NCBI GenBank assembly: GCA_009103225.1
Contig: RHPI01000026.1
Location: 429,210 to 493,209 of the forward strand
Reading direction: 5' to 3'
From: Chlorokybus atmophyticus
Taxonomy: Eukaryota > Plantae > Mesostigma and Chlorokybus algae
Length of the DNA: 64,000 bases
Of the stretch, positions 1-12,700 are shown piece after piece. The position numbers and the translations under genes are program-made. The notes beneath the pieces were generated by a model, which was not told the DNA's origin, did not search any database, and saw nothing but the letters and a program-made list of their open reading frames with translations. Positions within the stretch are counted from its first letter, which is position 1. Every line of letters starts with the position of its first letter.

Positions 1-111
1 TTGCGTGCTTGTTTGTTGCTGGTTGCCACCTCGCACATCTAGTGCATGTAATGCTCTTGTGATCTTCGTATTTGCGTACTTCTGTCAAGTTAAGTGTGTC
101 CTTCTTTCCAG

Positions 112-1162
112 GTTGCGGCGGTTACGAGTTTGCAAAGGAGCACGGCATTGAGACTCTCATCTTCCCGCGGCCAAAAACAGGGGACTTCATCGACGCGGGG
201 TTGACGCCAATCGAGCTGGTCGACACACTGCAGTAGGTTATGTACTTGTCATAGATGCTGTGCGTGTCTCTGCTGCCTTGTGGTCAATGTTGTGTGACTG
301 TCGTTTCTGTGACAGACAAAGAGGAGTTGACTTTGTCGTGCTCGCCGGATATTTGCGGTTGCTGCCTTCAAACCTGTGCGCTGCATATAAGTAAGGCAGG
401 CAACTCTCTCTAATAGTCAACTACTTAGCATATGTAACTTTCAGTCGTCTTTAGTGCCATTCTTTATCATATGGAAATACTGCAAAAACAGGTAGTTCTG
501 GTCATTGTCACTGATAACTTGCCCTTTTCGCTCCCTTTGTCTTTTCCACAACTACAGGAGAAGGATACTCAACATCCATCCCGCTTTGCTCCCTGCCTTT
601 GGCGGGAAAGGCTTCTACGGGATGAACGTGCACAGGGCCGTCATAAAGTCCGGTGCCCGGTAAATGAATCTGTTGTCGTCGCGTGTTGTACACCCAGCCT
701 ATCATGCAATGCGATGTATACAACGCCTCATGAAAACATCAGGTATTCGGGGCCGACGGTGCACTTTGTTGATGAGGAATATGATGCGGGCCCAATCGTG
801 GCTCAGAGGGTCGTGCCCATCCTGCCTAATGACACGCCCGAGGACTTGGCTCACAGAGTACTTGAGCAGGTGCCCAAATCCACCATTGCCATACCATGTC
901 ATGGCCTTAATGCGTGTGCTCGTGCATCTGCGCGTGTGTGTGCGTGCGCGCGCGCATGTGCACGGGTGTGCGTGTGGTTGTATGCGCGCGCTTGCTCACT
1001 CTGCGGTGTTGTTCATGGGCTCATGTGTGTATGTGTCCACCACAGGAGCATCAGGTCTATGCGGAGGTTGTGGCGGCGCTGGTGGAAGATAGGATCATGT
1101 GGCGGGAAGACGGCGTGCCACTGATCAAACCGGCGCGAGAGACCAGTGCTTTGTCATTGTGA
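112..1162 (+). CDS. purN: Phosphoribosylglycinamide formyltransferase (GAR transformylase), 5' partial, 5 exons visible
   Basis: Splicing GT-AG exons gives [12 protein letters not shown]...[14 protein letters not shown]...[27 protein letters not shown]...[21 protein letters not shown]...[19 protein letters not shown], which are canonical GART motifs; stop at 1160-1162. Confidence 0.95.
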
Positions 1163-2312
1163 TCACAGGTGGTGATGGCTGTGTGGACGCAGCTAGCATT
1201 TTTAAACGTGTGCAAGCATTTGCGCAAAAATGTATGCACGCACACTCCACGCTTGTCCCCACAGCACAGCTTGGGTCTACCCATATGCGTGCACACACGT
1301 TGCACACCGATTGATCAAGGTTGGTACTACTCGGCTCTCTGATCGGGCCATGCTGTGCATAAACGACAGGATTGTAGGCTGAGGCCCTCACGTGAGTTTA
1401 CGACATAATATGGCTTGAGCAATCGGTTGAGTATCACTCGCCTGGGTGCGCTATCCCCCGTGCACTTTTTTCTCGGGTTGCCTACATTGCAGCGGTACTG
1501 TTTTGGCTTAAGTGGCAAGGCTGTGGGTGTCAGTAATTCTACTTTTGCCTGAGTGCTTGCTTACCTTCCCTTTTTGCGGTACTTGAGTATGACACATGCA
1601 TGTTCATGACTTTACAATATAACCACCTTGTAAAGCCCAACAATACCGGCAATTGCAATGCAGGATGACAGATCACATTGCATGCACCATACCATGCTGG
1701 TTGTGCAGTGTCAGATGATGTTTTAAGTACACACATGTAAAGCGCATACTTATCGTTGGTCAAAACTACCGTGCAACAACCCTTGTTTGATTGCACATGC
1801 CCAATCTATTATGCCATCATAAGTCAAAGCGCAAGTGCAAGTGACAAAACTTGCTTGACACTTGTATATCGTGTACATGTCAACATATACTAAACGTGAC
1901 GACTATGGTATAGGCTATGACACTGTTTCAACTTTGTTGACAGTGGCAGGTCTGCTAGTCAAAGCTTCTGCATGTCGTATGCCTTGGAGCATACTTCTAC
2001 TGCAGGCGGCACGCAAACTTTTGCAAAGCTGGCTCCAGCAACTGCTTGATGCTGCACACGCAAACATCCATTAGCAAAAGTTGCACAGTGACCACGCAAC
2101 CATAACCATAACCATAACCACACACAACCATAACTGATAAGGCTGAGAATGAGTTTGGGCATCAGGAGAAACCCGGCAGGAGTATCAGACTCAATACCAC
2201 TGCAAACGTAGGTAATGCCATTGCTGCCGTGACTCCTGCAGTCAATCAACTGGCACTGCACGAGTCACGGCAGCAATCCCAGCCGTGGTGAGTGTGAGGT
2301 CACACCTGTGGT

Positions 2313-4530
2313 TCACCGACTTGCCAGGGTTTTCTCTGGCTGCTGTACAGCGACTCCATCACTTGACTTGTTCTTTGAAACAAGCGCATGGACGACCCCA
2401 TCCTTGCGCGTTGGCACCCCATAACTGTATGGCCTGTTCTTCTCCACAAGTTGGTTGACTGTTGATACCATCGACAGCATCTCTTTCAGGTTGGTCTGCA
2501 GACATGGGAGTGATCTCAGCTCAGGTCACTTCACAGGAGCACCATGCTAGATGGCAAAATGCTCTTGTCAGCTGTTCAGCTGGAACAGTAAGCTGAGCTA
2601 TGGTCCAACTGCTCACCTCGCAAGTATTGCATATACCCTCCAAATTCAATAGCGAGAAGGGCTCCTCAATGCGGTTACCAATGGTCTGTACCACAGCAAA
2701 AGCAGCAAATCAGTGGGGCGTACAGGTAACCTATCACCAACATGCATGATCTCAGCTGTCACTCTGGCTCAGTGCATGCACAGAAAACAACAAGATCCAC
2801 TACAGCGCAGACTCTCACCTCAATGCCAATCATGCCATAGCTCATCAGAAAGATAGCGGGCACCATTCCAAAGCCAAACTGCTTGTAGAACACCAGAGGA
2901 AGCAGGCAGAGCCAGCCAATCATAAAGCGAGACGTGTGTCGCGTATATGACAGCGGAATAGGGCAGCGCAGGATGCGCTCGCAGCCGCCCAGCACATCAT
3001 TGAAGAATGTGATGTTCTGGTCCATCAGCAACACCTTGCTTTTGTCCTGCACAAGCACAGGATGAGTGACCTTCTACCATGAGCACAAGCCCATCAAGTC
3101 ACAAGCATCGGAGATGCAATGGGAGAACCAATCAGACCATTCACTTGTGCAAAAGTCTGCAAAGCGTTTACATGCACTAGACTGTCTGGTGCATGTAATG
3201 CCTTGCACATAACAAGGCCTTGTACCTTGAACTGCGCCTGCTTAACAATCTCAGTCATCATCTGCAGAACATGCATGGGCCTGTTTTGAGACTGCTTCAG
3301 CTGCTTCAACTCATGTGGCTTCAGCAAGTGTTGCAGCTCCTTCTCAATATCTTCATCACCGCGCAAATGGACCTGCATGTGTAGAAGTACAGGTGTTGTC
3401 GAGTGCTGCCGCACAAGTTGTGTGGCCTGCCAATACAGTCAATAAGGGCATCATACCTTCAGTGACCTAGGGAATGCAATTGTGTACCGCATCAGAGCAT
3501 CCTTCAAGGAGTCATCCTTAAACCAATCAGAACCTGCAATTATGCTTCAGGGGAGGTGTCCTTGCAGCATGTGCGCCTCCGTAACGAATACATACCTTGC
3601 CGAACAACATCACGCGTGCGATTGAGCAGACCACCCCACAGCTTGCGCGCTTCCCAGTATCGATCATATGATGCATTTGTCCTGAAGACGAGCAGAAGAC
3701 CGAGTCCAGTGCTGACCTGCAGGATGCGCTCGTAAATCACGGACCACTGAAATGGCAATAAACTGTGTGATGGTTTTGAGCCAGCTGGCAAGCATCTGAC
3801 TCCGAATGTGCAGGGTGACATCCAAGTCCTTGCACAAATCGCCAGGTGTTGTCATGCTGTCGTACCATGGAGAAAGGCAGAAGCGGGATGTTGGGGACCC
3901 CACCCAAGAACTGGTCGTACAAGGGTACTAAGCTGGCAAGCAGAGTAATGTTGAGGACAGGGGTCATAGTGTTCCAGAACACCGGCGATGAGGGAAAGGC
4001 GCCCTGCGATCAAAGCCAGTCAGCACTGTGCAACTCCGAGGGGTGTCACACTGATCTCACCGATCCCCATGTGTACACACATACAGGTGCCACCTGGCTG
4101 GTAATCGACAGGACCATCGGCGGACAGCACATTATTCTGTCCAATGCCACGCATGCCACTTACCAGGTGACGCCAATGGCGGTCGATGGTGCGGTGCCGT
4201 TCCCACGCATCGAAATCAAACACTGCATCACGCTGCTTGACTGGCTGAAACTCTGCGAGTTGCTGCGCACGTACCACATGAGGATGAGTTATTGTGGATA
4301 TGTGCTACTGGCTGCTCAGCATGAACGGCCGTTGATATGCGTGCCTGCGTTTTCTCGATGGCCTTGGGGAGGTCTGGGAGCAAACAGCGTGTAGGCTGTG
4401 AACGCGCCTTGGCTTTAAAAACTTTGCGACATTTAAGTCCGGCCGGCTTCCACTGTGGACGCCTTGCCAGCAGCGGCGTTGGGCGAAGCTGACACTGCAC
4501 ACTGCAAGCTGTGCTGGCAGCAGGCGCCAT
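2313..4530 (-). CDS. Bestrophin-like (VCCN1/BST family) plastid anion channel, copy A, multi-exon, with putative transit peptide
   Basis: Exons encode FDFDAWERHR, LLLVFRTNASYDRYWEARKLWG, GGCERILRCPIPLSYTRHTSRF and IEEPF; Ser/Ala/Arg-rich N-terminus MAPAASTACSVQ from ATG 4530; TGA at 2315-2313. Confidence 0.92.
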
Positions 4531-6756
4531 CCTGCAAACGCACAAGCAATGCTTACACCATGAGCTGCACCACTTGGTATAGAATCATGGCCTCTGCAGC
4601 ATCGTGCTACAAAGCCTGCGACTTAGTATAACCACTTCATATGTAGGATCAACAAGAAACCAGCCGACAGAACCGCCAACCCACACCGCTGCTCGAACCA
4701 GCACAGCTTTGCGGCAAGGCACAACCCCGACTCTGCAGGCTATTCTTCGCCTGTCACTTGCAATGTTTGTTGCAGATCCAAGCAGACTCTCACCTTGATG
4801 TGCTGCAGCTGCCGGAGGACGACGCCACCGCCGCCGCCGCCCACGCGTACCACAACTTTACCACCGGAACCGAAGTTAAGGTGGCTACATTATATCAATG
4901 CTGCCGCGTTAAGCTGGTGCGTTAAGGTGCCCGATGAGCTTAGGGCTATACATCTAGTCAGAACTAACCGGGAAAGGCTCATTTCTTTGCAGTCAGCGTA
5001 TATGCCACGGTGGCATGTCAGTAACACTGGTTGACTAGCAGGGAACGCGCTTAATAGGTTGACTGGTTACTGTACGATAGCTAGCAAGCAGCTAACCGCG
5101 CTGGTTCTTGGCATACATGAAGCCACTGGTGCGCAGCGCAAGGCTCTTCAAGATTTTGTTATGCTAGTCGCTGTGGTTAACTGGTAGGCCACTCGGTTAC
5201 CAGGTTGACAAACCGCTGTACGGTAGCCTTGATGTAGCTAACCACCCTCAGCTAACCACCCTACTGCACCAGCCACAAGTGCGTTCAAAACCTCGTACCA
5301 GATAATGTTCCGTAATTCATGGCAGTTTAGCATTATCAAATGCAAATTGCATGTACCCCGCGTTTGTTATGCCAATAGTGTCACATTATCCGGTGCAAAT
5401 TTCAGTTGCTCAAGCTGCATGCACTGCAGCAAGCACGTGCGCCACGTCCGAATACTTGTTGCCTTGGACTTAACAAGTAAACAAAATGGCAAGTTGTCTT
5501 CTCACTATTGCTGGGCTATGATAAGTAATTATTGATTACATACCATTTGTTATGACAAGTTGATAATATCAATACAATGGGCCATCAACAATTGGCCTAC
5601 TCGAATTTTAATGATAAATTCAATGCAAACATATGACATATATCACATGTGCGGCGTATGCTCTCGAATCATGTGTATAAGTGCACTTATGTGACCCTTA
5701 TATATTGAAATTAACCATAATAAAATCATAAGCTGTTGATATAAAATACACCAACAATTCCACCATTGATATTAAAGTAAATGACAACCGGTAAAAAATA
5801 GTAAATAAAGTATGAACATCTATGATATGTTGATAACTTTAGCTTGACACTATTTGGATCAGTGTGTACACAGAAAAGTCACGAGACTGCGACGTTTTTA
5901 TATTAACATTAGCTGTATGCTGAGAGCCAGTTACGCATCAACTGCTTGTGCACAATGCAAGTGTCGTAGTATATCATAAACACACAATGCGATGCGATGT
6001 TATGACGATACTTGTTGACACGTTACATACGTTCGCGTCACCATGATGTATTTGCAGTGTGACACGATGTTGGTTGACATGATGCAATACAGCAATTAAC
6101 ATGATAGCGGGCAGAGACGCTGTACCATCAAGTGCCTATACCAGCAGTATCGTAATGATGATTTGCTATACTTTGTGAATGGTAATTAATTCACGATTAC
6201 TATCATCATTATCATTTAGCAAGATTATTGATGTGTAGTGAACCATTGCCACATGAAAACTTGGAAGAAACTACCACTGCGCACACATAAACTGTCACAA
6301 TGCAAATGTGTTCCAAAATCACACTCGATTTAACAACACGAAACGCAAAGAGGTAATTGCACGCGACGTATGCTGTATGCCGCCATCAGCACTACAATAG
6401 TAATATTTGAGCACTTGATGTTTGACACGTTGTTGTCATTCAGTTACTCATGAATAGGTGACCAGGGCACGTTTGCTTGGCGGCAAGAGTCGTCTCTGTA
6501 CGCGTCTTGAGCACCGATCGATGGGACGCCCTGAATCGTCTGGCTCAGATCGCGCTCGTCGTACGCCTACCCCCAGCTTCACCGTACGAGGGCCCATCCG
6601 CCCCAGCATGACGCATCCCCATTTGTGGTTGTGGTTACTGACCAACGTTGAAGGCTAACCCGCCTGCTTGCGGTCAAGCCTAAAAGCCTTAACACCACGG
6701 CAAGCATATAACCCAGCAGCAGAACGGCAAAGCTAGCAGTGTTAGGCTGCAGCACC

Positions 6757-8820
6757 ATGGCGCTGGTGGCGGGGGCGGCGGCGGCCGGGGTGGCTCTCAC
6801 ATCTCCTTGCTGCTTGTCTTCCGGTCTGTGCGCGTGTCGGAGCCAAAGGCGTAGGGTTGGGGTTAAGGGAGCTTCCGCTGGCAAGGGTAGCTTGAGGTAT
6901 TGCTCGTGAAGCTACCTGCAGCGGTTGCTGTGTTTTGCCCTGGCGATATAGCTGTGCATGGTGCTGATCTGGTTGATTGTGGTCCGTAGGGCTGACTTCT
7001 ACGGTCGATCGCTGTCTGCATCACAAAAGAGCGGCTCGTCGTCTGTGGTTGCGAGGCGCCGGCCGGCGCAGGTGGTCCGCTGCGCGCAAGCTGGCAATGT
7101 CGTTGATGGTGAGAAGGCTATTTAGCCCACTGCTTGCGTTGTAGACTCGCTCTTGGCTGAGCCGTACAATTAGGGAGCTGTGCAACATTACCGGTGTCAG
7201 CTGTTGCGTCGTGCACAGTGCCTGCAGCGCTTCCCTGACAACAAACGAATAACGCAGGTGAAGCCCCCCTGGGTCCAATCCCGCGCAGGCATGAGGAGTT
7301 CAACTTCAGCAGGTGGCTGCGCCATCGCAGCGATACGCGGCACTGGCGCCATGTCTTCACCATCGGCGACTCAAGGTGCGTACTAGCTGTGCCACAGCTA
7401 GATGTATTGCGCAGATGCGCTAACTCACACATTGCCATCTCACTTATGCCGTTGTGCTTGCAGGGTTTTCCAGCGTGTGGCACTGCCATGCCTGACCCTC
7501 ACTGGGCTCGCTGCGCTGGTGCCTGTCGCCGACAAGGTGCTGCATCTCCCGCTGCCAGTCATTCCCGCCACCCCTTTTACCCTCACATCAGCAGTTCTTG
7601 GTCTGCTGCTGGTCTTCCGTACCAATGCCAGCTACGATCGGTACTGGGAAGGCAGAAAGCTCTGGGCTCTGCTCTTGCAGGTTTGTGCCTCCCCTCCCTC
7701 CCACCTGGGTCCACCAGCTATGTTGTGCGCTTCTGCCAACCAGTGTGAGCAGCCGCTGTAATCTTGGCTGAGCCTTGCCTGTGTGCAGCGGTCCCGCGAT
7801 GTCTCCCGTCAGGCCATGAACTGGATTGAGGATGAAAAGCTGCGCGATATGTATGTACGCTACAGTGCTGCACTACCATGGACACTCAAGGTAGAGCATG
7901 CAACTGATGACCTGACATCTGTCGGATGGCTATTCTGCGAGCATTGTGATGTGTCACCGCGTCATTGTGCTTTAGCCAAGGCCGACATCTTTATTTCTTG
8001 CAGTGCCATCTGCGAAAGGGTGAGGACCCTGCTAATCATGTGAAGGAGCTCCTACAAGACGACGAGCTGCAAGCACTGCTGAATTCCAAGCACAGGCCAA
8101 TCCACATGACTCAGGTTCACGTCAATGCATGTCCTTATCGTTTCTGTCATATCTGCAGGCCAAGGCATCTCACCTGTGACTCGTGCAGGTTGTGACAGAA
8201 ATCTTGCGCCAAGCAGGCCTGACTGAGTACCAGTTCATCACAATGGACCACAATGTTACAGGTATCTTTAGAGCTATTTCGTGACTTGTTGTCAGTCTGT
8301 TTGCATCGAGTTCAGGTGGTACCGTTTGGTTCCTGCTGCCATGGCATTGAGGAATGGTTCCTTCTTGCAATGCCCCAGCGCATTCCCACGCTAACGCACT
8401 GAGTGTGCAGTGTATGCTGATGTCATGGGCGCCTGCGAGAGGATTCTGAGGTGTCCAATTCCAGTCTCTTACACGCGACACACATCTCGATTCCTGCTGG
8501 TGTACTGCGCCCTGCTGCCACTTGTATTCTACCACGATTTTGGGCCTGCTGTTATCCCTGCTATTTTCCTGCTGACCTACGCACTGTTTGGCATTGAGGT
8601 TTGTCCCAACAAATTGAATTCCAAGAGTGCAATACCTTTCTCTGCAGCACCCACTCATAAACCGGTAATCTGCTTGCAGGAGATTGGGGTGACCATTGAG
8701 GAGCCTTTCCACCTGCTGCCTCTGGAGCTGATCTGTGCTGAGATTGAAACAAGCATTAAGGAGTCATACAGCGCCAAGGACAACTCGCAGATCATACTGG
8801 CGGAGACACTGCAAGCGTGA
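6757..8820 (+). CDS. Bestrophin-like (VCCN1/BST family) plastid anion channel, copy B, multi-exon, with putative transit peptide
   Basis: Exons encode FNFSRWLRHRS, LLLVFRTNASYDRYWEGRKLW, GACERILRCPIPVSYTRHTSRF and IEEPF; N-terminus MALVAGAAAAGVALTSPCCLSS from ATG 6757. Confidence 0.92.
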
Positions 8821-9088
8821 GTCACTGTTCACACAGTCGATTGGATACATGTAGTAGCATAGAGGTTGATCACCATCAGCGTATAGTGGCTGCAAGCAAC
8901 GCCTGGTGTGTACATCAGTACCACAGCCAGAAACTGTTGGCCTTCAGCAGCATAAGTAGCACAGTACTGCCTGTAAGTACTTGCGTATCTGTAACTTAGC
9001 ATACTGCCCAAGTCCTGGAGTTGACACAATGTCTTTAACCTTGTCTTGACACATGGTACATGTTATTTGTGCTGTGCCGCCATGGCCT

Positions 9089-9539
9089 TGTACATCAAAT
9101 GCAAGACATGCATGCGCATGCACAACGTGTAGTCAAGTCAGCACGCAGCAACACATGCAAGGTACATCAAATGAAATTCAGTTAACCACCGGGCTACTAC
9201 TAGCACGCTAATCTACCGCCTCTACCCCGTTAGACATGCAGCAGTCAACATGCTGTTGGTAATCACCTGCCCACATGGACGTTGGTCAGTTGTTGGCGCT
9301 TTCGGTCACGCAGAGAGCATGCACATTGGCGACCAGAACTCCCCCTCCCTCTCTCCCTGGCTCCGCCTCCTTCCTCGCCCATTGCTAGCGACGCAGCAGG
9401 GTTTGCTGGGTTGTGTCATAGCTGCGTTGCACTGCCAACGTCAGCAGTGCCTGGTCCAGTGCCCTCCGCACAGGTTGTGCTGTGTTCGGTTTGGGTGCTG
9501 GGCTGATTAGGTGCTGGTTGGGGTTGGGTGGTGGGGTTG
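9089..9539. repeat. Pseudo-LTR copy 1 (3' repeat relative to the minus-strand element)
   Basis: Direct repeat of 12701-13151; I count 3 substitutions in 451 bp by eye. Confidence 0.95.
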
Positions 9540-9571
9540 GTTTCTTGCGCCTCCGGCATGGGCAAGCTGTG

Positions 9572-12539
9572 CTACCACACAGCATGCTCCCCATACGGTC
9601 TTTGCGGAGTGCGACGCTTGAACGCCTGATACACCAACTGGTACAGCAGCGGAGGCGGTGTACAGTATGCGTAGCTGCTGGTGCGCAGCATCTGCTGTCT
9701 CAGCGTGGCTAACAGACGTTTGAGAGGATGTCCGTCGTTGTGCATTGCCACCAACAGGTCCACCATGGCTTGGATGAAGTGCGTGCGATAAGTGCAAACT
9801 CGCACAAACCTCACGTACTGCCATTGCACCACGCCCAGCTTGATACAGCGGGCCACGTTGGAATCTGGTAGTGGTGCGCGGTGACGTGCTGTAGCACTGT
9901 ACGCCGGTAGGTCGCGCTTGCAGTATAGTTTGGTGCATATGCCATCCGCCGTTTGGAACACTGTGGAATCCAGAAATGGCAGCGTGGTACCTTCCGCTGT
10001 ACGTGACACTGTCACAATGTGCCGTGGGTACACACCGCCTCCTGGTGTCTCTGGTGCCTTGTACAGAAGCTCTTGGAACTCCGGTAGGTCTGCTACGAAG
10101 AGATCATCAATGTAGCGCAGGATCCCCTGTGTACAACGTTGCAGTAGCGACGTGGCTCCTTCTTGGCGCAGCTGCTGCACGAACTGTTGTTCGTAGGTCA
10201 GGAGGTAGCCGTTCGCCAGATGTGCTCCTGCATTGTTTCCCATAGGCACCCCTATTCGCTGGCGATAGACTTCATCGGATGCCGTTCGGATGTACAAGCA
10301 ACAGGTACGCCAGGGTGTCGTGCAGCGCTGTTGGTGTAAATGTGCGCCAGATACCAATGTCATCTGTTCTGTACGTTCAGGCTGCCGTCCACTGATGTAG
10401 CACTGAGGCGTCTGGCTGTATGCTCATATGTAGATGCGTGGCACGGTGACGTCGCCATTGCAGCCCGAAAGCGGCACTGACTAGATAATCAAATCTTTGC
10501 AGCAGGTCGTAGTGGTTGATGGAAGTATAGAGCGTTGTAAAGTCGAAAGTTTGCAGGCACAGGTGCTGACGCTTTTGCAGTGCAGTGCGTGTGGTATTAA
10601 AGAAACACTGCAATCTGGCAAATGCCTTCACATCTGTCATGATCCAGTTATGTCGCACAGCCGGCAGCCCTACTGTTTCTGCCCACCACTCATGCCACAC
10701 AGGCAGCATCACTTGATAAGCGCGGGTGAGCCACCTACTGGCATCTGTCAGCGAGGTATTATAGGCAGCAGCGATAAAGCGTGGTGTCGGTGGACTTTTG
10801 TGCAGTTTAAACAGCAGATATAGATGAGGCAGGCGTGGCTCCGCAGTTGTACGAAAGCCGTGCTCCATGTTCCACGTGGCGTGTTGTTGCAGCAGCACAT
10901 GGCTTGGCGTGTCCACGCGTTCATATGTGGGTGTGAACAGCTCCGTCACCAAGCATGCCACATAGTACTTTTTGCACACCACTACAATGGTGCCATTGCA
11001 TTTGTCGACCTCGGTGAGGATGTACCGCTGCTGCAGTTGTCTTAAAGCCGCGGCATCTCTATCAGTCACCACATCTGGATCCAAATGGCGCTGGTTGTTT
11101 GGGACCTCGGCAATGGCCTCAGCACGGTTGCGCACCAGAGCCAAAAGTGTTGTTGCCCATGCTTGCATTGTCATTGGCTGTCCCCACTGCTCCTCCAGGC
11201 GGTGTGCGAAATCGTACACTGCTGCTGTCACCGCTGGTACACAAACGCGAATGTCGGCTGATACCGGGCTGCGAAACTTGGTCCCTCGGCTGAGTATCTT
11301 CTGCAGGACCTCCGAGGTCGTGACGCTGCTGTAGTCACAGGTCACGACGTGGCCTAGCTGTGGATGTACCATGGTTGTCCTCGCTAGCTCAGGGCATGTG
11401 CAGGGTGCCGACAGCAGTCGCGCCTGCTGCTGCGCAGACGACTGCAGCACCTCGCGGGTGCGGTTACACACTGTGCGTCCCACCGTTTTACTACAGCGCC
11501 AGACCACCAGCGGTACTCCCATGCGTGTTCTGGCATGTGGTGGCAGGGCCGTTCGCACTACGGGTTGTGCCAGCAGTTGTTGCAGTTGTAGTTCGTCTGC
11601 CGCTGCGTTGTTGAATGCACAGGTGACGAGCAGGCGGGGGTTGCGAATCTGAGGCAAGGCGGTTGGATAATTGCTGAGCAGCCTCCTGAGCGTCGCCAGC
11701 AGCGCTTCAGCATGTGCGGGCTGGACATGAATGTCTTCCGGTGCTGTGTACTCCAGGATGCGGAGCATCTTGTATAGGTTGGTCAGTTTGAATCGTAGCA
11801 AATCCGTCAACGCAAACCGCGCTTGCTGCATGCGCACAGTCAGGTCACGAATACGCCGGAAGAAATCACGATACCCAAACACTCTGCCTGGCTGTGTGGC
11901 TGGGTTCGATGCACGTTGTGGCTGTGCGTGCCCGTGTGCACGTCTCCATGCTGGCAGGCGAGGCCGTCCGTATGGCGAGTGCTCCACATTGTAACCTCTT
12001 GGGGCTGAGGTACGCAAGCGTTTCACCCACAACCACTCTTTGTGCGAGGCGCGTTTGTGCCAGCCTGCTTGCGTCTCATTGGGCCGTAACGGCACTGTTT
12101 CGAGCGGTGAAACTCCCCAGGAGGTTACTGGCGTTGTGCGCATGGCGCGCTCCAGCAGCGTGGCTTGGGCGTGGTGAGCAGCTCTGCAATGTCCTTGGAA
12201 GCGTTGGAAAGCGGACTGCACTGTCATGCCAACATAGCATTTGCGGGAGCCAGTCAGTAAGTAAATGGCGTAGATGATGTGGTGCTCAGTCATTGGCGAC
12301 AGTGGAGTTGTGACGCCCAACACACGGTGGATGTGATGGCGTATGTTTCTGAGTATGGGCAGTTGCCAGTGGCAATGTACATCCAGCAAATGGGCTTGTA
12401 TGTGCTGCCAGTTCCATGATGGCTGCGCCATTGTGTTGTACGCGTCTTCTGTTGCCCTGCATGGCCAACGGGGTGGGGGCCTAACTAATCCCAACTTGTC
12501 TACACATGCATGGTGCTCCCGGTCTCGCACCCTATGCAT
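9572..12539 (-). pseudogene. GIY-YIG-RT polyprotein of the Penelope-like element, split by an in-frame TGA (10379-10377) and a frameshift near 10298
   Basis: Reading through the TGA gives TYRTDDIGIWRTFTPTALHDTLAYLL, which aligns with FTQSTLHAMLSYLV of the second copy; RT then resumes in another frame as LYIRTASDEVYRQRIGVPMG. Confidence 0.85.
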
Positions 12540-12700
12540 ACTTAGCAGCTGTCATGCATCACCTCAAATTATGTACAGGGGTTCAAATATCTCCCTATGC
12601 CTTGACATAGGGTAGTCGGGCGCACACCTTTACAAGCGTGGGCAAACCCGACTTGCCTCTGGCCTGGAACGGTCACAGTGCGGCCTGCCAGGGCGTGCGG

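Noticed and set aside
2313-2500. Rubisco-binding motifs in bestrophin C-termini (BST4/RBMP1-like)
   Set aside because: Both C-terminal tails are short and lack repeated W[RK]xx-hydrophobic-acidic motifs
9360-9425. SECIS-like spacing (ATGA-N11-AAA-N26-GA) on the element sense strand
   Set aside because: The required helix between the quartet halves does not base-pair; spacing alone is common by chance
9250-9510. Duplicated small ORFs in the pLTRs (also 12862-13122)
   Set aside because: Identical only because they sit in the repeat; no protein features
9089-9539. Hammerhead ribozyme in the pLTR
   Set aside because: No CUGANGA core on either strand; the closest (CTGACCA after GAAA on the minus strand) breaks the conserved core and lacks stems
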